Notes: generated from the sequence alone by a model not told the origin. Counted from the stretch's first letter, positions 38,349 to 47,189 are shown. The stretch: DNA of 64,000 nt from Patescibacteria group bacterium (GCA_018970245.1 JAGWWT010000003.1:3519-67518), one strand, 5' to 3'. Numbers and translations: made by a program.

Positions 38349-38424
38349 CCTCCTCTCATGCGCAAAGCGCGACCTAAACGGCCGCGCCTTTTTATCTGCA
38401 TGATCCGCGCTGTTCGCGCCTGTC

Positions 38425-38895
38425 TTACCAGGCGAAGTGGGCAAAAGCCTTGTTGGCTTCAGCCATCTTATGGACGTTCTCGCGCTTCTTTACAGCCTCG
38501 CCTTCGTTCTTGGAAGCGGCGATGATCTCCTCCGCAAGCTTCACAGCTATCGGCTTGCCTTTCTTTGAACGAGCAGCCTCGATGATCCATTTCATGGACA
38601 GCGCCTGCTTGCGTTCCGGACGGACCTCGCGGGGCACTTGGTAGTTGGCGCCTCCGACTCGGCGGGAGCGGACTTCCATGGCCGGCATCGTATTCTTGAG
38701 CGCTTCCTCGAAGACATTCAGGGGATTTTCGACTTTAGCCTGCTCTTTTATGGCCGACATGCAGTCGGAGACTATCCTTCTGGCGATATTCTTCTTGCCT
38801 GATTCCATCACGTAATTCGTGAACTTGGCGAGCTTCAGCGACTGATAGGTCATATCCGGCCGCAATTCCCTTTTGATGTTTATTTTCCTTCGCAT
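38425..38895 (-). CDS. rpsG: 30S ribosomal protein S7
   Basis: 156 aa, MRRKINIKRELRPD... Confidence 0.93.
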   Translation of the reverse strand: MRRKINIKRELRPDMTYQSLKLAKFTNYVMESGKKNIARRIVSDCMSAIKEQAKVENPLNVFEEALKNTMPAMEVRSRRVGGANYQVPREVRPERKQALSMKWIIEAARSKKGKPIAVKLAEEIIAASKNEGEAVKKRENVHKMAEANKAFAHFAW

Positions 38896-38904
38896 GAGAT
38901 TGAT

Positions 38905-38976
38905 GGTTACAAGTTCCAGGTTACAAGTTGCAAGTTACAGGTGAAGATTGTGACCTGTTACTTGTTGCTTGTTACC
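38905..38976. repeat. heptad-array palindromic element, locus E (rpsL 3' end|rpsG start)
   Basis: ggttacaagttccaggttacaagttgcaagttacaggtgaagattgtgacctgttacttgttgcttgttacc. The YTGNAAC arm encodes the rpsL C-terminal codons. Confidence 0.75.
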
Positions 38977-39380
38977 TTGGGCTTTTTGTTCCCGTATTGG
39001 CTGCGACCTTTCCTACGAGCTTCGACGCCGGCGCAATCCAAGACGCCGCGGACGACTGAATAGCGGAGGCCGACATCCTTGACGCGGCCGCCGCGCAAGA
39101 GGACGACAGAGTGCTCCTGCAGATTGTGGCCCATGCCTGGGATATAAGCGGTTACTTCCATACCGTTCGTGAGGCGGACGCGGGCGATCTTGCGGATGGC
39201 TGAGTTCGGCTTCTTCGGGGTCTTAGTGGTGACCTTCACGCAGACGCCGCGCTTGAACGGAGCCGGAAAGAATATCGGGCGGTTCTTGATCGAGTTGAAA
39301 GTGCGCGTCAAAGCGACGGACTTTGACTTCCGCTTGAAGCGCTTCCGGCTAGATTTTATAAGTTGATTTACGGTAGGCAT
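38958..39380 (-). CDS. rpsL: 30S ribosomal protein S12
   Basis: [13 protein letters not shown]...[20 protein letters not shown] at 39380; the ORF extends to 39404. Confidence 0.95.
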   Translation of the reverse strand: MPTVNQLIKSSRKRFKRKSKSVALTRTFNSIKNRPIFFPAPFKRGVCVKVTTKTPKKPNSAIRKIARVRLTNGMEVTAYIPGMGHNLQEHSVVLLRGGRVKDVGLRYSVVRGVLDCAGVEARRKGRSQYGNKKPKVTSNK

Positions 39381-39470
39381 TGTGATTACAAGTGACAGTA
39401 GCAAGTGACAGGGTTACAAGTTACAGGTGACAAGTTGCATTTTTTACCTGCTACCTGTGACCTGCTACTT
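39381..39470. repeat. heptad-array palindromic element, locus F (largest, about 90 bp; immediately upstream of the rpsL ATG)
   Basis: tgtgattacaagtgacagtagcaagtgacagggttacaagttacaggtgacaagttgcattttttacctgctacctgtgacctgctactt. Confidence 0.75.
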
Positions 39471-39626
39471 CTTTCCCGTGTGTTCCTTCACCGTCTTCGG
39501 CCCGAGCGGACCTGAACGATTACTCAAACGGGGCTATTAATTGTGTTTTCGTCCCTAAAGCGATCATTAGGGCGACTGGGAGAAGATACCATGGAATTCC
39601 CCATGAAGCAATACGGAGCGGATCCT

Positions 39627-40247
39627 TCAAAAAGGTATCCCGGTCAAAAGCCTGAAGACCACCATGATGATCGGCGATATAGCCTGCCACAGGAACAAGA
39701 TGACGATGAGGATGAAGATCGGCCCCAGGCGCTCTAAGGTCATCCTCATCCGGCCATATTGATTCGGCAGCCAGGCCAGGAAGAGCTTCGACCCGTCCAA
39801 CGGCGGCAGAGGGATGAGGTTGAAGATCGCCAGGAGTATGTTTATGAGGACGATATATGAAGCGACTTCCAGGAATGGCAACATCGGAGAAGATGCCGAG
39901 GTCACGCCTGCCGCTGTGAATCTGATTATGAGCCCGAAGATGACCGCAATGGCCAGATTGGAAGCCGGGCCGGCGAGAGCGATGAGTATCTCCCCTTGGC
40001 GCTTGTTCTTGAGGTTATACGGATTGTAGATCACCGGTTTGGCCCATCCGAAGGCGAAACCGGCGAGGGACGTGACTATCGGGACTATGATAGAGCCTAT
40101 CGGATCGATGTGCTTGACCGGATTGAGGGTCAACCTCCCCTGCATTCGCGGGGTCGGATCGCCCAGCCGATCAGCCATGAGCCCATGCGAGACTTCGTGG
40201 ACGATGACTGAGAATATGAGTATGACTATGAATAAGACTGTTAGCAT
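39627..40247 (-). CDS. site-2 protease family zinc metalloprotease (peptidase M50)
   Basis: HEVSHG (HExxH) in a TM helix, later LDG motif (NLIPLPPLDGSKL); about 6 TM. Confidence 0.8.
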   Translation of the reverse strand: MLTVLFIVILIFSVIVHEVSHGLMADRLGDPTPRMQGRLTLNPVKHIDPIGSIIVPIVTSLAGFAFGWAKPVIYNPYNLKNKRQGEILIALAGPASNLAIAVIFGLIIRFTAAGVTSASSPMLPFLEVASYIVLINILLAIFNLIPLPPLDGSKLFLAWLPNQYGRMRMTLERLGPIFILIVILFLWQAISPIIMVVFRLLTGIPF

Positions 40248-40316
40248 CGTATTTCGGCTTGCCGACCACTTGAACGCCTGAGTATCCTATGTTAGCATAC
40301 GATCCTCAAAGCTTTT

Positions 40317-40559
40317 ATGGCCAAAGTATGCGAAATAACAAAGAGGGGCTCGGTCGTCGGCGGCCGTTATTCGAACCGCACCCGCGCCACCCAGTTCAAT
40401 CCTTGCGGATCGATGCGCCGGTATCCGAACCTCCAGCGCAAGCGCATCTACGTGCCCGAGCTCAAGAAGACCTTCGTGGTCAACATCTCTACGCGCGCCC
40501 TCCGCACAATCGAAAAGAACGGCGCATACCGCACCCTGAAGAAAGCCGGCCTCATCTAA
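40317..40559 (+). CDS. rpmB: 50S ribosomal protein L28
   Basis: MAKVCEITKRGSVVGGRYSNRTRATQ... Confidence 0.85.
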   Translation: MAKVCEITKRGSVVGGRYSNRTRATQFNPCGSMRRYPNLQRKRIYVPELKKTFVVNISTRALRTIEKNGAYRTLKKAGLI

Positions 40560-41520
40560 GCGGCTCTACCCTGATCTCCCCGCCATCGGACACTATCTTC
40601 ATAGTGCCCTTTTCTTTAATATTGAAACCTATTCCGGCCGGCACCGGCTGGCTCTTCGCCGTTCCGCCGGGGGCTTTCGCGTAGATGAGGTACGCGGGGC
40701 TGACCGCTTCGGTGAATTTTGCCGCCATGTTGGACTGTATAGCGCTTTGGCTGACTATGAGAACATCTGACTTCAAGACCTTAGCAGATGACGCAACGAA
40801 CTTCTGGACTTTTGGGGTGGCAGCGCCCATGAATAGCGCCGAAGTCGCGCCATACGAGATCCTGAACAGTAGCTCCGGCGAGCTGCTCTTTGAATAGGCG
40901 AACGATCCTGAAGGCGCTGGAAAGAGCGCTTCCATTCCGACACGTTCATCGAGGACGATCGAGTCTCCAGCCGCCAATCCATGGACCGGCACTTTCTTCG
41001 AAGAGGCTTCGTCCAGGAGAGCCTTATAGGTATCGTCGCCTCCCTCTGCGGTGACCGCCGGAAGATAGAGATCGCCTACGTCGTATCTTTTCAGCGCATC
41101 GACCAGTCCGACCGTCTCCTTTGCGTCCGCGCCTGTCGCTATGACCGCATCGATGCGGCGCGAATAGAATGGCAGGACAGACGATAATTCGCTCATGATA
41201 TCGCCATTGCCCCCTCCGTCCACGAGGATGCGCCGGTCATTGGGAGTCCTCAAGAGCATGGCGCGGCCGCTGGACAGGTCGAAGACGAATATCTCCAGCA
41301 CGCGCGGTCGAGATTGCTCATGCCAATAGTAGCCTGCCAGTCCGAGAGCCATCGCCGCGGCGGCGGCGGCGATCGCGGTGCCTGATGATATCCTCATAGA
41401 CGGATCATACTCTCCGGATATGAAATCCTGATGAAGAAAAGATGAAAAAAGGATAAAATCTAAAGCGAGGCCTGCGCTAGGCCAGCCTGCTGAAACTTTA
41501 ATCATATTTAACTCGTACAA
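40552..41520 (-). CDS. membrane-anchored ComEC C-terminal-like metallo-beta-lactamase-fold domain protein, apparently lacking the HxHxDH zinc motif
   Basis: LEIFVFDLSSGRAMLLRTPNDRRILVDGGGNGD resembles ComEC/Rec2 MBL domain entry. At the expected HxHxDH position the sequence is VIATGADAKET. N-terminal TM. Confidence 0.6.
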   Translation of the reverse strand: MYELNMIKVSAGWPSAGLALDFILFSSFLHQDFISGEYDPSMRISSGTAIAAAAAAMALGLAGYYWHEQSRPRVLEIFVFDLSSGRAMLLRTPNDRRILVDGGGNGDIMSELSSVLPFYSRRIDAVIATGADAKETVGLVDALKRYDVGDLYLPAVTAEGGDDTYKALLDEASSKKVPVHGLAAGDSIVLDERVGMEALFPAPSGSFAYSKSSSPELLFRISYGATSALFMGAATPKVQKFVASSAKVLKSDVLIVSQSAIQSNMAAKFTEAVSPAYLIYAKAPGGTAKSQPVPAGIGFNIKEKGTMKIVSDGGEIRVEPLR

Positions 41521-41525
41521 TCATC

Positions 41526-42134
41526 ATGCCTCGATTCACTGCCAGAACTTTCAAGATCCCCAAGATCAAGGGCATCTCCGAAAAGACCATAGAAGAGCAC
41601 CTCAAGCTATACCAGGGCTATGTCAAGAATGCCAATTCCATTCTGGAGAAGATCCCGGAATATTCGCAGTGGGCCGAGAAGGACCCGTTCGTGCCCTATT
41701 TCACCGGTGAATTGAATCGCCGCTTCAGCTTCGAGTACAACGGCATGCGCAATCATGAGATCTATTTCGCCGGCTTCGAGGGCGGACCAAAGTCGCTGGC
41801 TGATTCAAGTCCTCTCAAAAAGATGATCGCCGAAGCATGGGGATCGTTCGACGCGTGGCTCGCCAAATTCAAAGGCATGGCCGCTTCCGTGCGCGGCATC
41901 GGCTGGCAGGTCCTTTGGTATGATCCGATAGACGAGAAGCTCCTCATGTCCTGGGTCGACGAGCAGCACTATGGCGAGCTCAACGGCTGCTCCATGATCC
42001 TGGGCCTGGACATGTGGGAGCACTCATACGTCGCAGACTACCAGCCGTCAGGCAAGAAGGCTTATATCGAGGATTTCTTCGCTAACCTCAACTGGGAGAC
42101 CATCGAGAGCAATCTCGAGAGGGCAAGAGAGTAG
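41526..42134 (+). CDS. sodA: Fe/Mn superoxide dismutase
   Basis: Ligand blocks NHEIYF (NHxxYW-like) and DMWEHSYVADY (DVWEHAYY). 202 aa. Confidence 0.8.
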   Translation: MPRFTARTFKIPKIKGISEKTIEEHLKLYQGYVKNANSILEKIPEYSQWAEKDPFVPYFTGELNRRFSFEYNGMRNHEIYFAGFEGGPKSLADSSPLKKMIAEAWGSFDAWLAKFKGMAASVRGIGWQVLWYDPIDEKLLMSWVDEQHYGELNGCSMILGLDMWEHSYVADYQPSGKKAYIEDFFANLNWETIESNLERARE

Positions 42135-42136
42135 GC

Positions 42137-42166
42137 CGTCCAATGGCTCTTCATTGGGCGGTTTTC
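42137..42166 (+). terminator. rho-independent terminator after sodA
   Basis: 10-bp stem CCGUCCAAUG/CAUUGGGCGG (one G-U), loop GCUCUU, then UUUUCC. Confidence 0.55.
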
Positions 42167-42182
42167 CTAATGTGTCTTGGGG

Positions 42183-43511
42183 TCATTTAGTCTTCCTTCT
42201 ATTCATAGACCTGACTAGAAAAAAGACGGTCAGGATGACGGAATAGAACCCTGCCACCCACCAGCCCGAGAACGCCGGCACGTGGATCGCCGCGAATGGC
42301 AGGCGCGCGAGATTTTGGACTACGAATAGCTCGTAAGCGAGCAGTATGTGGCTGGCCCAGCCGAGCGCTTGCGAAGCGGCGATCGATGCCATGCCAGCGA
42401 TACCGGTCGCGAAAACGGTTAGCATCGTCACCGGTATGAACGGCAGGACGAGGATATTCGCGGCCATTCCTATCACCGACAATTGCCCCATCGTATAGAG
42501 GATGTACGGCGAGACGAAAAGCTGAGTCGACAGCGTCGCCGCCACGATGCCGCGGAGGCCGAATCGGTCGGTTATGAATGCCAGCCGCTCCTCGATCGGC
42601 GAGGCGAGCATTATGAGCCCGGCTGTGGCCAGGAATGAGAGCTGGAAGCCAGGATCATGGAAGAGCACCATGGGGCTTTGGATGACCATCACTAGTCCTG
42701 CGAACATGAGGGCGCGGATGACATCGTAATCGCGGCGGAAGAGATCGGCGGAGAGCGCTACGCCCGCCATGAAGCAGGACCGGATGACCGTCGCTCCGCC
42801 GCCCACCATGACGCCGAAAAGCGCGATGCCGATGCCGCCGACCGCGATCCCCCAGGCTCTTGGCAAGAATGAGAGGACCTTCCTGATAGCTGCGGCCACG
42901 ATAGTGATGTTGAAGCCGGACAATACGACGATATGGATGAGGCCGACTGCCCTAAAATCATCGAGCAGGCTTTTGCCTAGAGCCGCCTTCTCGCCGACGA
43001 CCAGGCCGGCGGCCAAAGCGGCGTGAGGTTCGCCCAGGACCCGATCGAGATTCTCTACGAATCGGCGTTTTATTGCGTACAAGATCGAAGTGACGCTCGG
43101 CCTAGCGGCTAGATCGTCTTTTGACGCCTCTGCGCTCCGCATCTCGTAATAGATCCCATCCTTGGCCAGATAGCCCTTATAGTCGAATTCCCGCCCTGGG
43201 TCGCTGCGAAAATTCATGGGTTCCAAAAGCTTGCCTTTGAACGATATATGGTCGCCATAGCTGAATACAGGATAGGCCTTAGCCTTCATCCTTATGAGAA
43301 AGCCTGAGCCGCATCTAGATCCGTCCACGTCGACGACCAGGACCTGGCCCGTTCCGGTCCTCTGCGGCTCTTCGGATATCGTGCCGGAGCCTTCGACGGT
43401 CTGCTTCAGGCAATCGCCTATCTGCGGAGGTTCGGCGTAGAGCGACTGCCATACGCGGAATGCCGCGGCCGCTATGAAAATGCTCCAGAAGAGCGCCGGT
43501 CCCTTCTTCAT
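42183..43511 (-). CDS. comEC: ComEC/Rec2 N-terminal part: OB-fold (DUF4131) + competence channel domain, no MBL domain
   Basis: 442 aa. Periplasmic OB-like region then polytopic domain (IHIVVLSGFNITIV... competence motif). Confidence 0.75.
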   Translation of the reverse strand: MKKGPALFWSIFIAAAAFRVWQSLYAEPPQIGDCLKQTVEGSGTISEEPQRTGTGQVLVVDVDGSRCGSGFLIRMKAKAYPVFSYGDHISFKGKLLEPMNFRSDPGREFDYKGYLAKDGIYYEMRSAEASKDDLAARPSVTSILYAIKRRFVENLDRVLGEPHAALAAGLVVGEKAALGKSLLDDFRAVGLIHIVVLSGFNITIVAAAIRKVLSFLPRAWGIAVGGIGIALFGVMVGGGATVIRSCFMAGVALSADLFRRDYDVIRALMFAGLVMVIQSPMVLFHDPGFQLSFLATAGLIMLASPIEERLAFITDRFGLRGIVAATLSTQLFVSPYILYTMGQLSVIGMAANILVLPFIPVTMLTVFATGIAGMASIAASQALGWASHILLAYELFVVQNLARLPFAAIHVPAFSGWWVAGFYSVILTVFFLVRSMNRRKTK

Positions 43512-43580
43512 GACCGCATTCTACTCGTCCGGTATGAAGGAAAGATGAAGAAAGCCTCAAAAAACGATAAACCGCGGCCG

Positions 43581-44273
43581 TTATAGAGCTTCGAATTCCT
43601 CGATGATATAGGCTTCCTCAGCAGCGCTCATGGCTTTCTTGTACTTCGCGCCCTTGGCGCCTTTAACCCTCTTTTCGCACTCAGCCCACGTAGGGTGGAC
43701 TTCTATGACGCCGCCCACAGAGCTCACATATGAATGGGGCTTTCCGCCAGATCTCGATCTGATCGGCGCCTTTTGCGAGATGTCCAATATATTCGGCAGA
43801 TCATAACCGGCGAGCGGCCCGTCATAAAGCTTCACATCCATTCCATCCGCAAAAGCAGTGGCGATGCGGTCGCAGCGCTCATTTCCGACGATGCCGATGT
43901 GCCCGCCTACATATCGCCATGAGACCGTCATCCCGCTCGCAGCCTCCGAGAGCTCGAGCCATAGGTCTTTATTCAAGACATCTTCTTTTGCCTTCGTCTT
44001 CCAGCCATTCCTTTTCCAGCCGGCGAGCCATTTAGTGATGCCGTTTATCAGATATGATGAATCCGTATGGACAGTCGCCGACAGCGCGCCTAGCTTGGCC
44101 GCCGCTTTCAGCCCATGGATGGCGGCAGATATCTCCATCCTGTTATTGGTCGTGCTGCGGACGACTCCGCCGATCTCTTTCACAGCGCTCTCGCACACGA
44201 CCACAGCCGCCCAGCCTCCCGGCCCCGGATTCCCGCGCGACGAACCATCCGTGAATATAGTCGCTTCTTTCAC
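43581..44273 (-). CDS. rnhA: ribonuclease HI with a C-terminal hybrid-binding (Cauli_VI-like) domain
   Basis: RNase H core IFTDGSSRGNPGPGGWAAV...TDSSYLINGITKWL...; C-terminus KPHSYVSSVGGVIEVHPTWAECEKRVKGAKGAKYKKAMSAAEEAYII. Likely GTG start at 44273, 2 nt after the recJ stop; the ORF extends to 44393. Confidence 0.7.
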   Translation of the reverse strand: MKEATIFTDGSSRGNPGPGGWAAVVVCESAVKEIGGVVRSTTNNRMEISAAIHGLKAAAKLGALSATVHTDSSYLINGITKWLAGWKRNGWKTKAKEDVLNKDLWLELSEAASGMTVSWRYVGGHIGIVGNERCDRIATAFADGMDVKLYDGPLAGYDLPNILDISQKAPIRSRSGGKPHSYVSSVGGVIEVHPTWAECEKRVKGAKGAKYKKAMSAAEEAYIIEEFEAL

Positions 44274-44275
44274 GC

Positions 44276-46006
44276 TCAAGAATATATCACATCGACGATC
44301 CTTAGGCGCAATTCTGGGCGCCCGCGGAACATCGACAGCTCTACCGAGGCCGCCAGGTCTATCGACATGCCCTTCCTGACGGCTTTGGCCCATGGTTCGG
44401 ATATGCCGAAGAATGCTATCGCTGGCAGCTTCGATCCGTCGGATCTCCTGAAAACGAGCTCGACATGCTCGTTGCCTTTTCCGAAGATCCTTATATCCGC
44501 TGGTTTGACAGACTTGAGCAGAAAGACGGGCTTTGGATTACCGATGCCGAACGGAGCGAGACGGTCGATCTCCTTGTACAGCCACATGTCGACCGAATCC
44601 AATGAAAGCTCGGCGTCCGCCTCTATGGCGCCGTATCCGGCATCTGATATCTGATATCTGGCATCTCGGAGCTTATCAGCTGCTTCGTTCAGCCTCTGCT
44701 CGAGAAAATGGATCTGATCGCTAGCGACAGCGAACCCGCCGGAATGCTTATGGCCGCCATACTTGGAAAAGACGCCGGCCGGCACGGCCCTCATCAATTC
44801 GACCACATGAGTGCTCCCCTCAGATCGGCAAGATCCTTTTATCTCGTTGCTGCCGTCGCGGCCCCAGAGGAAGACCGGTCTGCCGAATTCCTCTGCGCAA
44901 GAATTCGCCGCAAGGCCGAGAAGGGACGGCCGCCATTCCGGGTCGCCAAGGACGATGACGCTAGGCACCGCTTCCCCATGCCGTTCGCGGACGGTCTTCT
45001 TCACTTCTTTGACGAGCGAAGCGACCACGCCCTTGCGCTCGCTGTTTATGGAATCGAGATGGTCGGCATAGACGTTCGCATCGTCATCGGTCGAGGCCGA
45101 AAGGAGCTTGAATGCATCCATGGGAACCCCCATGCGCGAGGCCGCATTTATCCTGGGAGTGATCATGAAAGCGATGTCGTCCTCTGTCACATGCCGCTGA
45201 GCGATCTTCAGCTTATTGAAAAGGCGCATCAGGCCCTTGCGCGGGCTCTTGCGCAGGACCTGCAGGCCATATGCCGCGAAGATACGATTCTCGCCGACGA
45301 GAGGAACCATGTCCGACAGAGTCGCCATGCCGACGAGGTCGAGGAGCCACTTCTCCATCCCTTCCTTGAGGCCGAACCTCTCTATTTTCAAGACCGCCTG
45401 TATGAGCTTGTAAGCCACGCCTGAGCCGCAAAGGCCTTTGTCCGGATATGCGCAGCCTGGCTGCTTCGGATCTACTATGGCGAAAGCGGGCGGCATGAGA
45501 GGCGGCGCCTCATGATGGTCGGTTATGATCACGTCCATCCCTAGGCTGTTCGCCGCCGCCGCAGGCCCGACATCAGTGATCCCGCAATCGACAGTCATCA
45601 AGACCTTAGCGCCTTTTTCGGCCAGTTCCCTGACGGCGTTCTCATTCAGACCGAATCCTTCATCATGGCGATGCGGAATGTAAATGACATAGCCGCTGAA
45701 ACTGATCCTCTTGAAGAAGTCGTCCCATATCGCAGCGCCAGGTATGCCATCTGCGTCGTAATCGGCGAAGACGGCGATCTTCTCGCCGTTGCGGACCGCC
45801 TGCGCTATCCTTTGAGCCGCCTTCTCTGCATCCTTGAGCAAGAATGGGTCATGGACGCCAGTCTCATAATCCGGCGAGAGGAAGGCTTTGGCGGCCGCAT
45901 CGTCCATGATGCCGCGGTGGAAGAGGAGATGCGCAAGAAGGTCTGTATGCGCAGACAGCCCGGCTCTCTCGGCCGCCGAAAGCGGCTTCTTAACGGAGTA
46001 TTTCAC
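44276..46006 (-). CDS. recJ: single-stranded-DNA-specific exonuclease RecJ
   Basis: DHH motifs IAVFADYDADGIPGAA, VIITDHHEAPP; DHHA1 C-terminal domain. Start set at GTG 46006 (VKYSVKKPLSAAERAGLSAHTDLL), because the long ORF to 46333 would overlap the divergent HIT gene. Confidence 0.8.
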   Translation of the reverse strand: MKYSVKKPLSAAERAGLSAHTDLLAHLLFHRGIMDDAAAKAFLSPDYETGVHDPFLLKDAEKAAQRIAQAVRNGEKIAVFADYDADGIPGAAIWDDFFKRISFSGYVIYIPHRHDEGFGLNENAVRELAEKGAKVLMTVDCGITDVGPAAAANSLGMDVIITDHHEAPPLMPPAFAIVDPKQPGCAYPDKGLCGSGVAYKLIQAVLKIERFGLKEGMEKWLLDLVGMATLSDMVPLVGENRIFAAYGLQVLRKSPRKGLMRLFNKLKIAQRHVTEDDIAFMITPRINAASRMGVPMDAFKLLSASTDDDANVYADHLDSINSERKGVVASLVKEVKKTVRERHGEAVPSVIVLGDPEWRPSLLGLAANSCAEEFGRPVFLWGRDGSNEIKGSCRSEGSTHVVELMRAVPAGVFSKYGGHKHSGGFAVASDQIHFLEQRLNEAADKLRDARYQISDAGYGAIEADAELSLDSVDMWLYKEIDRLAPFGIGNPKPVFLLKSVKPADIRIFGKGNEHVELVFRRSDGSKLPAIAFFGISEPWAKAVRKGMSIDLAASVELSMFRGRPELRLRIVDVIYS

Positions 46007-46036
46007 AGCCGGAATTGTAGCATGTAAGATATAGGC

Positions 46037-46420
46037 ATGAACAAAGCTGCCAAGAACGACCCGTCTTGCATCTTCTGCAAGATAGTCCGCCGCGAGATAC
46101 CCGCGCACATCGTCTACGAAGACGACGCATTCCTGGCCTTCCTGGACATCCATCCGCACGCTCCAGGCCATGTCCAGGTGATCCCGAAAGAGCATGTCCG
46201 CTGGGTCTGGGATCTCCCGGATGTCGGCGCCTATTTCGAGGCCGCCAGAAAGGTCGCCTTGGCGCAACGAAAAGCCTTCGGCACCGATTGGATACTGTCT
46301 AAGATCGTCGGCGACGAGGTGCCGCATGCCCATATCTGGGTCTTCCCTAACGACAAAGTCAAAGGCGATAAGATGGATCTCGAAGGCAATAAGAGAAAGA
46401 TCTTGGCTGCGATCGGCTGA
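46037..46420 (+). CDS. HIT-family hydrolase
   Basis: [20 protein letters not shown]...HAHIWVFP histidine triad. Confidence 0.85.
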   Translation: MNKAAKNDPSCIFCKIVRREIPAHIVYEDDAFLAFLDIHPHAPGHVQVIPKEHVRWVWDLPDVGAYFEAARKVALAQRKAFGTDWILSKIVGDEVPHAHIWVFPNDKVKGDKMDLEGNKRKILAAIG

Positions 46421-46433
46421 CCGGTAGAATAGG

Positions 46434-47189
46434 CTATGCCTTCCTCGAATCGCCTTTAATGGTAGCGATCGCTTCTTGGACTGTCGTCATGAACTGGGCC
46501 GGGAAGATGATAGTCGAATTCTTTTCTGTGGCTATCTCGGACATGGTCTGGAGGGTGCGGAGCTGGAGAGCGACTGGATGGGTGGCGATGAGATCAGCGG
46601 CTTCGCCGAGCTTCTGGGCGGCTTGGAATTCGCCTTCAGCGGCGACGATCTTCGCGCGGCGCTCGCGCTCCGCTTCGGCTTCCTTGGCCATGGCGCGCTG
46701 CATGTTGTCTGGCAAGACGATGTCCTTTATCTCGACCGCCGTGACTTGGACGCCCCAGGGTTCGGTATGCTGATCGATGACGTCCTTGATGGCGCCGTTG
46801 ATGTCAGATGTCTGTGATAGGAGCTGATCGAGCATATAGCGGCCGATGACGTTCCGGACAGTGGTCTGACTGATCTGATTGACGGCTTCATGGACATTCT
46901 CGATGGCGACTACGGACTTCATAGAATCGACGACATGGTAATAGGCCACAGCAGCGATGTCGATCGAGACGTTATCCTTGGTGATGATCTTCTGCGAAGG
47001 GATGTTCATCGTTATGGTCCGCAACGTGACCTTGGTCATGTTCTCGAAGATCGGGATGAGGATGATGAGCCCCGGACCGCGCACGCCAGTGGCTTTGCCG
47101 AGGAAGAAGATGACGCCGCGATCGTACTCCTTGACGACGCGGAGCGATATGGCGACTAGGACGATCAAGACGATTATCAGATAGATCAT
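46434..47189 (-). CDS. SPFH/band-7 (stomatin-like) membrane protein
   Basis: N-terminal TM + SPFH domain + Glu/Ala-rich coiled-coil ([22 protein letters not shown]). Confidence 0.8.
   Translation of the reverse strand: MIYLIIVLIVLVAISLRVVKEYDRGVIFFLGKATGVRGPGLIILIPIFENMTKVTLRTITMNIPSQKIITKDNVSIDIAAVAYYHVVDSMKSVVAIENVHEAVNQISQTTVRNVIGRYMLDQLLSQTSDINGAIKDVIDQHTEPWGVQVTAVEIKDIVLPDNMQRAMAKEAEAERERRAKIVAAEGEFQAAQKLGEAADLIATHPVALQLRTLQTMSEIATEKNSTIIFPAQFMTTVQEAIATIKGDSRKA

Noticed and set aside
44276-46333. Full-length 685-aa RecJ ORF as annotated by the ORF track
   Set aside because: It would overlap the divergent HIT gene by about 300 nt and the N-terminal 109 aa show no RecJ similarity. The conserved N-terminus begins at the in-frame GTG at 46006.
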